A DNA stretch of 34,817 bases from Octopus bimaculoides (GCF_001194135.2 NC_069002.1:3189754-3224570), one strand, 5' to 3'. Shown: positions 19,501 to 29,958, counted from the stretch's first letter. Program-made: numbers and translations. The notes: generated by a model not told the origin, from the letters alone.

Positions 19501-22151
19501 TTCGAACAGACACAGGCTCACAGATTTGGGGAATAGGTTTAATCAATTATCCCGACCTCAATATTTGACTGGTATTTTAATTTATCGACCATTCATTTCT
19601 TTTCTTTTTGTAATTTTTCACAAAAATAAAAAAAAATGTCATTGAGGATTTTTTCCTTTTTCTTTTATTTCCATGCCTTGCAAAAAGAAAAAAAAAAAAA
19701 AAGGAAAGCTTCCAAATCCTATCTTCTGATTGGATAAAAAATAACCAAATTTTAAACCTCTGTAACATTTTACTAATATATTTCTGGAACAAGCAAATAA
19801 CAATGCAGTATGAAAAATTACATCAATATACCAAATTTTAAAATTTTCACTTAATTTTAAAATTTCACAACGAGAGAGCCAAACAGAAAGGAATTTTGTC
19901 TGAAGCTTTTGCTATTCCCAAATTCAAAAATTAATACATACTTGTTGCGTTGTCCTGTTGCCCAAAGCAGCAGCAATTTTCTGCCAGCGCCGAGACTCGA
20001 TTTCTTCAGGAGGGTGCTTTACCAAAAGTTCTTCTAACCTTGGAAAATAGAGAATAAATTCCAATTAAAACTTCATCATTACACAACTTCAAAACTGTAT
20101 AAGATTGTTGTTGTTTCTTCTTCTTTTACTTGTTTCAGACGTTGGACTGCTGCCATGCTGGAGCACAATCCTGAAGGGTTTTAGTCCAATAAATTCAACC
20201 CAGTACTTGTTTTTCCTTGTAAACTTGTTCTATCACTCTTTTGGCTGAACTGCTAATTTATGGAGATGTAAACAAACCAACATCGGTTAAGTGGCAGTGG
20301 GGAAAACACAGACACAAAGACACACATAAATATATGCATGCCTACATATATATATATACATGCATAAACCATATATACAAATGACAGTTTCCTTCCCAAC
20401 CACATGGTTCCGGGTTCAGTCGCACCTTGGGCCAACCAAAGCCTTGTGAGTGGATTTGGTAGACGGAAACTGAAATAAACAGCCTGTTGTGTGTGTGTGC
20501 CTTAGACCACTGCTTGACAGCTGGTGTTGGTGTGTTTACATCCTCGTAACCTAGCAGTTGAGTACAATAGTATAAGTATGAGGCTTAAAAAAATGAGTCC
20601 TGAAGCCAATTTGTTTGACTACAATCCTTCACGGTAGTGCTACAGCATGGCCACAGCCAAATGACTGAAAGAAGTTAAAAAGAAAAAAAAAAGGTTTAAC
20701 TAAAAGTTAGGTCATCATCATCATCATCATCATTTAACATCCTCCAGGGGTTGGATGGTTTGATAGGAGTTGGCCAGGCATACAAAATAAGCTGGAATGG
20801 TCACGGCTGAGTCCCTTTCAACATTGATCTTCTTCAACAAACCTGACTTGCAGTTTAAACAACAACAAACACATGCAATGCTATTTACCTTTTCTGTTCA
20901 TCTACGCTCCAGAGTTGGTTGAAGCTGACAGGTTTATTTTCATCTTTTAATCTCCCACGTACAACAGTTTGTGACTTTGGACAATCGGTTCTAAACATAT
21001 TATCTGTATCACCATCATCTGCAATAATAATAATAATGATTTCAAATTTTGGCAGTTTCGGGGTAGGGAGCTAATTGATTACATCAATCCCAGTGTTCAA
21101 TTGGTTCTTATTATATTGACCCCCAAAAGGATTAAAGGCAAAACCGACCTCAGTGGAGTTTGAACTCAGAGTATAAAGATAGATGAAAGGCCACAAAGCA
21201 TTCTTCCGCTCGCTGCCATAATGATAATTCTTTCTACTAGAGGCACAAGGCCTGAAATTTGGGGGGAGGGGACGAGTCGATTACATCGACCCAATGTTTT
21301 ACTGGTACTTTAATTTATCGACCCCAAAGGGATGAAAGGCAAAGTCAACCACAGTGGAATTTGAACTCAGAACATAGCGACAGGCAAAATACCACTAAGC
21401 AACAACTCTGCCAGCAGAATTTGAACTCAGAATGCAAGGATAGATGAAATGCCAAGGCCTGAAATTTAGCAGCAGTCAGGGAGTGGTCGATTACAATGAC
21501 CTCCCCCACCGGTGTTCAAATGGTACTTATTTCATCCCCAAAAAACACAAATGTCTTTCCTGGTAGTTGTACTTCACTTGCTCAATAATTCACGACGTTG
21601 GTGTCGTGACTCCTAGCAGTGCAAAAAAAACACTGACCCACACATGTGCAGGAAGCAAGCTTCTTACTACACAGCCCTGTCAGTACCTATAGCTACATAG
21701 AGAGAAATTATTACTTACCCATATAACTACTGCCTTGTAGACAACCGATGCTTGGACCTGGTCTCTTCTTGCGGGTCATGTGTCTTGAAGTACAATAGGC
21801 AGCTATATCTTTTTTGGAAGTGTAAGCCTCCCAGTTTATCACAGGGATTTCAGCGACCGTTTGCCGCTTTGGGAAGTTCAAGTCTTCACCACGCTGCAGC
21901 TGTTCAACAAATGCAATCGGATCCTTAAGAGCTGATTCTTGGCACTTATAAAGTTGGTCAATGTCCTGAATGGCCTTTATCCGCTGCGATTCGAGCCGGC
22001 AGAGCGTTTTGAGAAGGTTGCAGTAATCAGGGTTACACCTGAGGGCAGTATGGTCAGATTCAAAGTAGTAAGGGCTGTCTTTTTCATCGATTTCACAAGA
22101 AGTGGGATTGTTTTGAGGGAGACAAGGAGAATTTTCAACCTGGGTTTCCAT
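16421..22151 (-). CDS. ZZZ3: ZZ-type zinc finger protein 3 (ATAC complex subunit; SANT/Myb + ZZ), complement(join(16421..16559,16898..16995,17456..17614,18121..18294,19136..19231,19942..20038,20889..21018,21719..22151)), about 441 aa
   Basis: Motifs [99 protein letters not shown], the ZZ finger and C-terminal [11 protein letters not shown] are all ZZZ3 hallmarks. Eight exons, all GT-AG, 1326 nt in frame. The start codon is inferred. Confidence 0.93.
16898..16995 (-). CDS. ZZZ3: ZZZ3 coding exon 7 (ZZ finger)
   Basis: [32 protein letters not shown]; strong pyrimidine tract, GTAAGT donor. Confidence 0.9.
17224..17399. mobile_element. piggyBac-type MITE in ZZZ3 intron 6
   Basis: TIRs ccctttagcgttcaaa / tttggatgctaaaggg, flanked on both sides by TTAA (17220-17223 and 17400-17403). 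Confidence 0.75.
17456..17614 (-). CDS. ZZZ3: ZZZ3 coding exon 6 (acidic tract)
   Basis: D-rich tract then [18 protein letters not shown]; ttgcag acceptor, GTAAGT donor. Confidence 0.9.
17760..17845 (-). mobile_element. Mariner transposase remnant in ZZZ3 intron 5
   Basis: Minus frame [26 protein letters not shown] matches the mariner HQDNARPH...ELGW motif. Confidence 0.7.
18121..18294 (-). CDS. ZZZ3: ZZZ3 coding exon 5
   Basis: [29 protein letters not shown]...; ttcag acceptor, GTGAGT donor. Confidence 0.9.
18915..19045 (-). mobile_element. tRNA-SINE head fragment
   Basis: Minus strand ggaggtgcatggcttagtggttagggtgttggacccgtgattgtaagattgtggtttcgattcctggaccggg. Confidence 0.6.
19136..19231 (-). 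CDS. ZZZ3: ZZZ3 coding exon 4
   Basis: [32 protein letters not shown]; donor GTAAGT. Confidence 0.95.
19942..20038 (-). CDS. ZZZ3: ZZZ3 coding exon 3 (SANT/Myb)
   Basis: [32 protein letters not shown]; donor GTATGT. Confidence 0.95.
20115..20680. mobile_element. Cluster of family C/D SINE pieces (minus 3' half at 20115-20310, plus-strand copy at 20390-20680)
   Basis: Shared blocks with 30708-31090 and 8355-8560. Confidence 0.65.
20889..21018 (-). CDS. ZZZ3: ZZZ3 coding exon 2
   Basis: [24 protein letters not shown]; cag|AT ... AG|GTAAAT. Confidence 0.92.
21050..21540 (-). mobile_element. Stacked fragments of family A SINE
   Basis: Recurring aaggcctgaaattt, gtcgattac, gatgaaaggcaaagtc and gaatttgaactcagaa blocks. 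Confidence 0.7.
21719..22151 (-). CDS. ZZZ3: ZZZ3 first coding exon (start inferred)
   Basis: METQVEN...YYFESDH...; donor ATGG|GTAAGT; in-frame TGA shortly upstream of the ATG. Confidence 0.85.
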
Positions 22152-23649
22152 TGCTGCTCTCACAGTATAAAACCTTCAGAAAATCATAGAGAATTGGTTG
22201 CTATTTCTAGCAGGTTGAGCAATCATGTGGAGAATACCTTGTTTAAAAATAAAAATTAAATATACTTTTGTAAATATTCTTTAAAAAATTTTGATTTTTA
22301 CTAAATAGAAAATAACATTTTGTTGTTATCCCCACTTTCTTTCTTCAGACATACTGCAACTCAGGATAACATCATCCAAGCAAACCTATTTTGTTAAGAT
22401 GTGAGTGGACGGTCTGAAGATGATTAAGCTGCTCTTTCTAGCAAGTTGAGCGAACCACATTTGCTGTCCGTCATTAAAAGGACAACAAACTGAGGAATAT
22501 TTTCTACAGCCAGATACTCTTTCTGTTACTGACCTGCACTTGTTTCCAAGCACTGGAATAATTTTCCATGGCTTGGTATGTATTCAAGGAAGATTGAAAA
22601 CAAACGACATTGCCTATGACGTGAATTTCGGCTGCAGCGGGGAATAAAAATTTAAATTAAAAGAATTCTATTTAATTATATGAGATAGAGTTTGTAAAAG
22701 ACAAATTCGAAATTTTTTTTTCCTAAAAATAGCAAAAATTTACCAAAAAAAACAACTTACGACCTACTAAATGGTTTACTTTGATAGAGTTCAAGTCGAA
22801 GAACACCATTTCACAGGTCGTAACTTTATATATAAAAAGAGAAAGACTAAGGAAACAGGTGCTATTATGTATCGGTGGAAATTATTCGGTAAATTTAATG
22901 AGTTTAAGTAAATTTGTAGGAAATGGGGAGAAAAGGAATTTTGACGTCTTAGAACGAAGCCATTGGAAGAACCAAGAAGAAAAATGTATATCTAGATAAA
23001 TAACGAAAATTATTTCTAACCTGGCTTTCAACCATCTCTGTTCTTTGTCTTCTTTTACGCTGGCACTCTAAACAACCATATAAAGATGTGTTTTAACTAA
23101 ATTAAGTCGTCATTTATCAGCAACACATGAGGTTGAAAATCAAGCCATGGGCGCAGACATGTTTTAGATTGAAAGATACAGCGCACTCAAGTATTATAAG
23201 GGGAAGTAATTCATTTAAAAACTTGGAATTCAGACGTACAGATGGAACGAAACTAGTTTTTGTAGCTAAACCATTTATACCAGTATTTCACAACCGTTTT
23301 TTGTTTTTTGTTTTTTTTACATATGGATTCCTTTGATTCCTATTTTACTCGAATTGACCCTACGAGCAAATCGATGTTTAAAAAAATCATATTACATTTT
23401 CATATTCCATCTCAATCACAGATCTTTTAATTATTTTTTTCTAACTAAATAATTTGAAACTTCGAATATTGGTAGAATTTCTCACGTAGAACACAGTTTA
23501 CTCTGAACGTTTTGAACAAAATTCCGTATTTTAGAAGTTATTTCGTGTTAAAATTGTCGTATTTGGGTAATTTCAACCAATCAATAATGTGTATTCGGTT
23601 GATAAAAGCTACTGGGATTAGCTTCGCGTGAGAGGCGGAGTCAGTGAAT

Positions 23650-23853
23650 GCTTAGTTGATGAGTTCAGAATGGCACCGAAATACGTCCTAAGTCTTCAGT
23701 AAATGCCAGAAAAATAAAAGAGATACTTCGCTGATGAACCCGGAATAACACTGAAATATCCGAAGTTGTTGACCATATTTGCCCGAAAATTAAAAGTGAT
23801 AATCTTAAATTTCGCTGATGAGCTCAGAATAACACTAAACTATGAACGAAATT
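23650..23853 (+). ncRNA. Three tandem hammerhead-like motifs (about 75-85 bp period), partly degenerate
   Basis: Cores TTGATGA/CTGATGA/CTGATGA, each followed by a 15-nt spacer and GAAA (AAAC in copy 3). Each is enclosed by its own perfect stem I: CTTAG/CTAAG, ACTTCG/CGAAGT and AATTTCG/CGAAATT. Confidence 0.55.
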
Positions 23854-23959
23854 GTTATCCATAATTATCAGAAGAAAAAAAAAGTAATGATATTAGTCAA
23901 GTTTTATTTATAGATGTTATTGTAATGTTCTTTGTATTTAAAATATTTCAATACTTAGA

Positions 23960-24380
23960 ATAATTGAGACGTGTAAAGGTGGCGGAGACGTGTGTGTGTG
24001 GTAAGAGTGTATGTAAGAGACAGCGAAAGAAAAAGAGATAGAGGGGAGACAGAGAGAGGTACTGTGTGTATATGTGAAAGTGTGTGAGAGCATGTTCGTT
24101 TGTTTTCCAGTTTGTGTGTTAGTGTGTGTATGTGTGGTTTGGATGTCGATAAGACAATGAGAAATAGAGAGAGGGGGGAGGGAGTTAGAAAAGGAAAGAG
24201 ACAGACAGACTGTGTACGTGTATGTATGTGTGTGAAAGTGTGCGGACGTGTGTGCGTGTATGTATTCTCGTTTTCCAGTGTATGGTGTGTGTGTGTGTGT
24301 AGGTATGTTTGTTTTCCATTCTCTGTGTGTGTGTAGGTATGATTGTTTTCCATTCTGTGTGTGTGTGTGTGTGTGAGTGC
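23960..24380. repeat. Compound (TG)/(AG) microsatellite with recurring gttttcca unit
   Basis: Seen directly. Confidence 0.85.
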
Positions 24381-24699
24381 AAGCGCGAGCGCGCTTACTA
24401 TTACCAGGATCTCGTGTTCCAACTTGAAATGCGCTGCTCCGTCAAAGTTTTAAGTTGTTTTTTTTTAAATGAGGTCATCGCGACCTCCACCACCACCACC
24501 ACCACTGTAATCATTGCTGTCGTCGTCAAGAAACCGAGCTTCCTATTGCTTTATCTGTTAGTCTGCGTGGAAAATTGAACGAACAAGAGAAAAAAGACAA
24601 TCTACGTCTGAAACTTCGTTGCGCGATCACACCTCAACACGAACCACAAAAACAACGTGACACAACCTTGATTTTTTAATGGTCTCATTTCATTTGCTG

Positions 24700-24840
24700 G
24701 CGTCATCATCATCATCATCATCATCATCATCAACGTTATCGTCGTCATTATCGTTATCTTCATCGTTATTGTCACCGCAGTCGCTTTCGTCATCATCGTC
24801 ATCGTCGTCGTTGCCATCATCATCATCATTGTCGTCGTCA
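24700..24840. repeat. Degenerate (CAT/CGT)n trinucleotide repeat
   Basis: Seen directly; it accounts for the poly-S and poly-M ORFs in the track. Confidence 0.9.
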
Positions 24841-25109
24841 ACCCTGCTGAGTCACCAAGATGGACTAAATCTTGTTCAAAATAAGCGTGACTTACACTGC
24901 GCCACATTGTATCACACAGCACCGCCCCATGTTATATAATGGTACACCACGTTATACTACATACCTTGGTGAACGACCTTGATAGAGAGAGAAAGAGAGA
25001 GAGAGTGCTAGAGAGAGAGAGAAAGAGAGAGAGTGTGAGTGAGAGATTGTGTGTATGTTTGCGTGTGATTCTTGTCCAACCACCCCACCCCCACTGCAGG
25101 ACAACCCAA

Positions 25110-26140
25110 CTGGGATTGGTATGCTTACCTGGCTGTGTGATAAGAAGCTAGACAGATAAGGCGGCGAACTGGCAGAAACGTTAGCACGCCGGGCGAAATG
25201 CTTAGCGGTATTTCGTCTGCCGTTACGTTCTGAGTTCAAATTCCGCCGAGGTCGACTTTGCCTTTCATCCTTTCGGGGTCGATAAATTAAGTACCAGTTA
25301 CGCACTGGGGTCGACGTAATCGGCTAAATCCCTTTGTCTGTCTTTGTTTGTCCACTCTATGTTTAGCCCTTTGTGGGCAATAAGGAAATAAGAAGCTAGA
25401 CAGATCAAAGGTAAGGCGGGAACGATCCAGAAAAGGTAAATCCCTGCAGCAGCAAGGTAGGCCACATAAACCATTGTCTGCCGTGTATTTTAATGGAAGG
25501 AGGGACACAACCCTCATAAGTGAACAAATGGGGAAAACAGTTCGTGAGAAAACAATTCAAGAACACATTCCATTGACAGAAGAACTTGAGTCCCACTATC
25601 TTGGACAAACGGATTCTGCAAAAGCCATTTCCGATGGTTTGTTGAATTATTTGGAAACCAATGAGATAGTAACCAATGACACGATAGCTGTAGGTTGCAG
25701 TGGAACAGCAGTCAATACAGGACCAAAAAGCGACACCATTAGACTTCTGGAGGATAAACTAAAGAAGCTATTGCATTGGTTTGTGTGTCAGCTCCATACA
25801 AATGAGCTTCTTTTACGCCATCTTATCAACGACCTCGACGGAAAAACTACCAGCTCTCATGGGTTTCTTGGGCCGATTGGTAAGAGACTGGAGTGATGTG
25901 AAACACTAAGTGTTGTAAAATTTAATCAGATTCCAACAGATTCACCATCAGTAGACAGAAACAATCTCAGCACTTACCAAAAATACTTTCTTGATATCCA
26001 CCAGTCTGTTTCTGAAGGGAAATGTTCATCTGAAATGGTATAACGAATCCTGATAAAATGGTACATTTTCGATGGCTTACAACTGCAGATCGTATGCTAC
26101 GTTTGCATGTTGTCACCAAGAATCCTTCCAACACGATGAA
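25110..26140 (+). mobile_element. Degenerate hAT-like DDE transposase pseudogene, interrupted by the SINE
   Basis: KLDRSKVRRER...VYFNGRRDT...EH...SHYLG...AVGCSGTAVNTG...LHWFVCQLHTNELLLRHL...LDGKT...GPIGKRLE*CETL...LSTYQKY...HFRWLTTADRMLRL. CxxH and RW motifs are present, with stops and a frameshift. The superfamily assignment is from recalled motifs. Confidence 0.75.
25158..25387 (+). mobile_element. Full-length family A tRNA-SINE with 18-bp target-site duplication
   Basis: ataagaagctagacagat at 25140-25157 and 25388-25405; A-box tggcagaaacg, B-box gagttcaaattcc. Confidence 0.9.
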
Positions 26141-26147
26141 ACTAATT

Positions 26148-26202
26148 ATGTATACATACATACATACATACATACATACATACATACATACATACATACA
26201 TG
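26148..26202. repeat. (CATA)n microsatellite
   Basis: Seen directly. Confidence 0.95.
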
Positions 26203-26799
26203 TCACGGTGGTGCACCAGCATGACCGCAGCCACTTGGCTGAAACACATAAATAAATAAATAAAAAAAATACATACATACATACAAATTTATCTAACGCA
26301 TTGTAAATGTTTCTGGTTGTAATGTAATTGATATATCTTTGTGGTATATGTGGCTTATCATGAGTCTACACATGAACGCTTGCATGCATACGTACATACA
26401 TGCACACATACACAAACAGGCTGGATACCGTTGCTTCGTACAGAGAGAAAAAGGTACGTATTATCATAGAAGTCATCCACCCTGCTGACGTAGATGCCTC
26501 TTGAAAACCGAAGCAAAAAGAGGATAGCTATGGACTGTTGTTTCAAAACATTCAGCTTCTACATCCAGATTATAAGTTTACAATCTGGGAAAGCCAGGGT
26601 TTATAGGATAAGAAAGCAACCAACAAACATGCATATTACAAATATAATCTGTCAACGGAAGAGTAAAAATACACATGACTTTTCTCACGTTCAAAGTGTA
26701 ATAACGTTTTTTTATCCACATTCTAACAATGGAACAGGTTCTCTTTGTAAGAAGCAAGCTCTTACCTTACAGGAAAGCTTCACACATTTAAAAATAGAA

Positions 26800-27081
26800 C
26801 TAGATGACCCGTGACCCGTTGGGTCACCGAGAAAGTCTGAGTTTCCCAGCGACGGGCTTTTGTTTCGGGAGTTTTTCCAGGTTATTTCGCATGCTTTCAA
26901 CGAATGTGACATCGAAATCACGCGTAAACGTCTCCTTTCCCCCAGAAGAGGGAAAGATTTCGCTGCTATTTCTTGCACGCCCTGCTACCACGTAACAGGT
27001 ATTTCGGTTCCTTTATCGCAAATAGCTGTTACGTGGCAGCAGAGCGTGCTAGAAACAGCAGCGAAATCTTTGGAGGTGAGA
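26800..27081 (-). mobile_element. Probable non-autonomous Helitron with a long internal palindrome
   Basis: Minus-strand 3' end is hairpin GTGACCC-aac-GGGTCAC, then gggtcat, then CTAG|T. Candidate 5' end A|TC at 27081. The internal part is repeated at 1-161. Confidence 0.5.
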
Positions 27082-27150
27082 TACGTTGAATGCCCTCGAA
27101 AAAAGCCTATGGAAAAATATTATTTCACACCGAGGGTACCAACGGGTCTT

Positions 27151-27699
27151 TTACGAAATATTTACTTTGCGATGTTCCTCTACCCTTATTTTGAGGGGGC
27201 GACATGTTTCGCTTTTGTATAACCTACCATAGCTGCATGGGATGGCGTACACGCAGTCTTTGTTCATATTCTCTTCTATTTGTGGTTTTGCCCGAAGGAG
27301 ATATTTGCGAAGTGTTGTAGTATTACTCTTGAATACTGTCCTGATGTCATATGGGCCGCATATCTTTTGTATCTTTTCGGAGTGGCCTTTCACATGGGGT
27401 GGACAGACTGTGGACAGTTTATGGGTTTCATCCTCACTCTTCTTCCTATTTGCAGTGGAGAGTATGTTTTGGGGGTAGTCGTTGCTTACTAGATTGTTAC
27501 TAAGCTTGATCATTTCTTCGTGGTGTGTATCAGAATCGCTACTTATATTCTTTGCTCGATGTTTTAGGCACTGAACAATCCTTCTCTTTACACTGTATGG
27601 ATGGTGGGAATTGAAGTTGAGGTATCGTCCAGTGAAGGTTGGTTTGCGGTATACGAATGTCCTGAATCCATTCTTGGTGCGTGTTATTAATACGTCAAG
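27151..27699 (-). mobile_element. Penelope-like retroelement fragment: RT C-terminus/thumb + GIY-YIG endonuclease start, uninterrupted 182-codon frame
   Basis: LDVLITRTKNGFRTFVYRKPTFTGRYLNFNSHHPYSVKRRIVQCLKHRA...FKSNTTTLRKYL...DCVYAIPCSYGRLYKSETCRPLKIRVEEHRK. Confidence 0.92.
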
Positions 27700-27791
27700 G
27701 ATGAAGGCTGGAGAATATATCAGCAGAAACGTTGTGTTAACAACAAACGAGATGAGGACAAATATCCGTCAAATGTAAATAATGTAAATAA
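27700..27791 (+). mobile_element. Inverted pLTR-like segment with a 5'-truncated hammerhead core
   Basis: gatgaaggctg...cagcagaaacgttgtgttaacaac..., the same tail as 4150-4233 (minus), fused directly to the PLE ORF in opposite orientation. Confidence 0.65.
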
Positions 27792-27954
27792 AAATGCCCA
27801 GTTGTTGATGCTGAAATTCCAATGAAAGAGCCTTGAATCTAGGTTAGAAACCAGCTCTTTCTCTATTGGCAGGAAATCTTGAAATAAAACTGAACGATGA
27901 CATACGTACATACACACATGTATATATATATATACACATACATACATACATACA

Positions 27955-28540
27955 NNNNNNNNNNNNNNNNNNNNNNNNNNNNNNNNNNNNNNNNNNNNNN
28001 NNNNNNNNNNNNNNNNNNNNNNNNNNNNNNNNNNNNNNNNNNNNNNNNNNNNNNNNNNNNNNNNNNNNNNNNNNNNNNNNNNNNNNNNNNNNNNNNNNNN
28101 NNNNNNNNNNNNNNNNNNNNNNNNNNNNNNNNNNNNNNNNNNNNNNNNNNNNNNNNNNNNNNNNNNNNNNNNNNNNNNNNNNNNNNNNNNNNNNNNNNNN
28201 NNNNNNNNNNNNNNNNNNNNNNNNNNNNNNNNNNNNNNNNNNNNNNNNNNNNNNNNNNNNNNNNNNNNNNNNNNNNNNNNNNNNNNNNNNNNNNNNNNNN
28301 NNNNNNNNNNNNNNNNNNNNNNNNNNNNNNNNNNNNNNNNNNNNNNNNNNNNNNNNNNNNNNNNNNNNNNNNNNNNNNNNNNNNNNNNNNNNNNNNNNNN
28401 NNNNNNNNNNNNNNNNNNNNNNNNNNNNNNNNNNNNNNNNNNNNNNNNNNNNNNNNNNNNNNNNNNNNNNNNNNNNNNNNNNNNNNNNNNNNNNNNNNNN
28501 NNNNNNNNNNNNNNNNNNNNNNNNNNNNNNNNNNNNNNNN
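27955..28540. other. Assembly gap flanked by TA/CATA microsatellites
   Basis: N-run. Confidence 0.99.
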
Positions 28541-28886
28541 TATATATTTATATATATATATGTATATATATATATACACATACATACATACATACATACA
28601 TACACACACAATACATAGGAATGTGTGTTTCTACGTACGTATGTATGCATGTGTGTACGTGCATAGTTGCACACATTTTTTATTTCATTCTCTGTTGTTT
28701 TTTTATTCCTACTTTTTCTCTCACATTCATCTCCTCCTCTTTCTCATCCTCCTTTTTTTTTTCTTCCTGTTTCTCCTCTTTCTCGCATTTCCTTCACCCT
28801 AACTCCAACTCTCTGTTGTCGAGGACATTTTCCCACCTCATCCAACGTCCTCCTCCTTTAGCCATCAGCCCTCTCCACCTCAATGA

Positions 28887-29064
28887 GATCGGCTTACCAA
28901 AACTCTCCAATTCTTTCCATGTTGAACTGCATGCATACAGGCAGCCAGGATCTTGTTTCCAGCCAATTCTTTGATATCACCATTCCACAAACCTCTTTAC
29001 TGACTCCTCTATTTCTTGCCAGACCCTCCACATTTCCTGTCAGGATGGTCTTCAACAATGAGTT
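28887..29064 (-). mobile_element. RTE-clade LINE 3' end remnant
   Basis: NSLLKTILTGNVEG, then a frameshifted W.GDIKELAG...CMHAVQHGKNWRVLV. This resembles the RTE C-terminus (SLSKTILQGTVEG.R.RGR..KRW.DNIKEW...WR.LV). Confidence 0.6.
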
Positions 29065-29250
29065 ACGCTGCATTCTATTCTTTTATTCCTTTAAGTGTGT
29101 CAGTCATTTTACTACGGCCATGCTGGAGCACCACCTTGAAGGGTTTTAGTCAAACACATCGGCACCAAGACTTTTTTTTTTTTAAGCCTAGCACTTATTC
29201 TATCGGTCACTTTTGCCGAACTGCTTGTTTACAGGGACACAAACACGCAC
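29065..29250 (-). mobile_element. Family C/D SINE 3' half
   Basis: cagtcattt.act.cggccatgctggagcaccaccttgaagg...tattctatcggt..cttttgccgaac. Confidence 0.7.
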
Positions 29251-29276
29251 ATATACATGTGTGTGTGTGTATATAT

Positions 29277-29647
29277 NNNNNNNNNNNNNNNNNNNNNNNN
29301 NNNNNNNNNNNNNNNNNNNNNNNNNNNNNNNNNNNNNNNNNNNNNNNNNNNNNNNNNNNNNNNNNNNNNNNNNNNNNNNNNNNNNNNNNNNNNNNNNNNN
29401 NNNNNNNNNNNNNNNNNNNNNNNNNNNNNNNNNNNNNNNNNNNNNNNNNNNNNNNNNNNNNNNNNNNNNNNNNNNNNNNNNNNNNNNNNNNNNNNNNNNN
29501 NNNNNNNNNNNNNNNNNNNNNNNNNNNNNNNNNNNNNNNNNNNNNNNNNNNNNNNNNNNNNNNNNNNNNNNNNNNNNNNNNNNNNNNNNNNNNNNNNNNN
29601 NNNNNNNNNNNNNNNNNNNNNNNNNNNNNNNNNNNNNNNNNNNNNNN
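29277..29647. other. Assembly gap
   Basis: N-run. Confidence 0.99.
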
Positions 29648-29958
29648 ATATATATATATACACATACACACACACACACATGTATATGTGTGTGTTTGTG
29701 TCTGTATTTGTTATGAGGAAACAAATACGGGTCGGAGAGACGGGCATACATTGTGGTTAATCCACAACACCATGGCCAGGGAAAACCCGACGACCACGTA
29801 ATCCGTGTTGTCGTTTATTTCCAGATCATTTGCAGTCGACCAAAACTGTATCGAAAGGCTTTTTAATCATGACACTCCTGACTTTTGTATATCAGGAAAT
29901 ACTGTCCAATATATATCTATAAATATTACGAACTGTTAAACAATATAGTCTTTATTAA

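Noticed and set aside
24602-24939. Poly-Met / poly-Ser / poly-Asp ORFs
   Set aside because: They are translations of a degenerate (CAT)n microsatellite; the Asp frame has an upstream stop and no splice support.
1-27068. Repeats at 1-161 and 26905-27068 as terminal direct repeats (LTRs) of one giant element
   Set aside because: They enclose four ordinary housekeeping genes and lack TG..CA ends or a PBS; they are better explained as dispersed copies.
27844-29801. Long ORFs in the track (up to 301 aa), and similar ones at 1701-2373 and 32052-32943
   Set aside because: Artefacts of N-runs and flanking TA/CA microsatellites.
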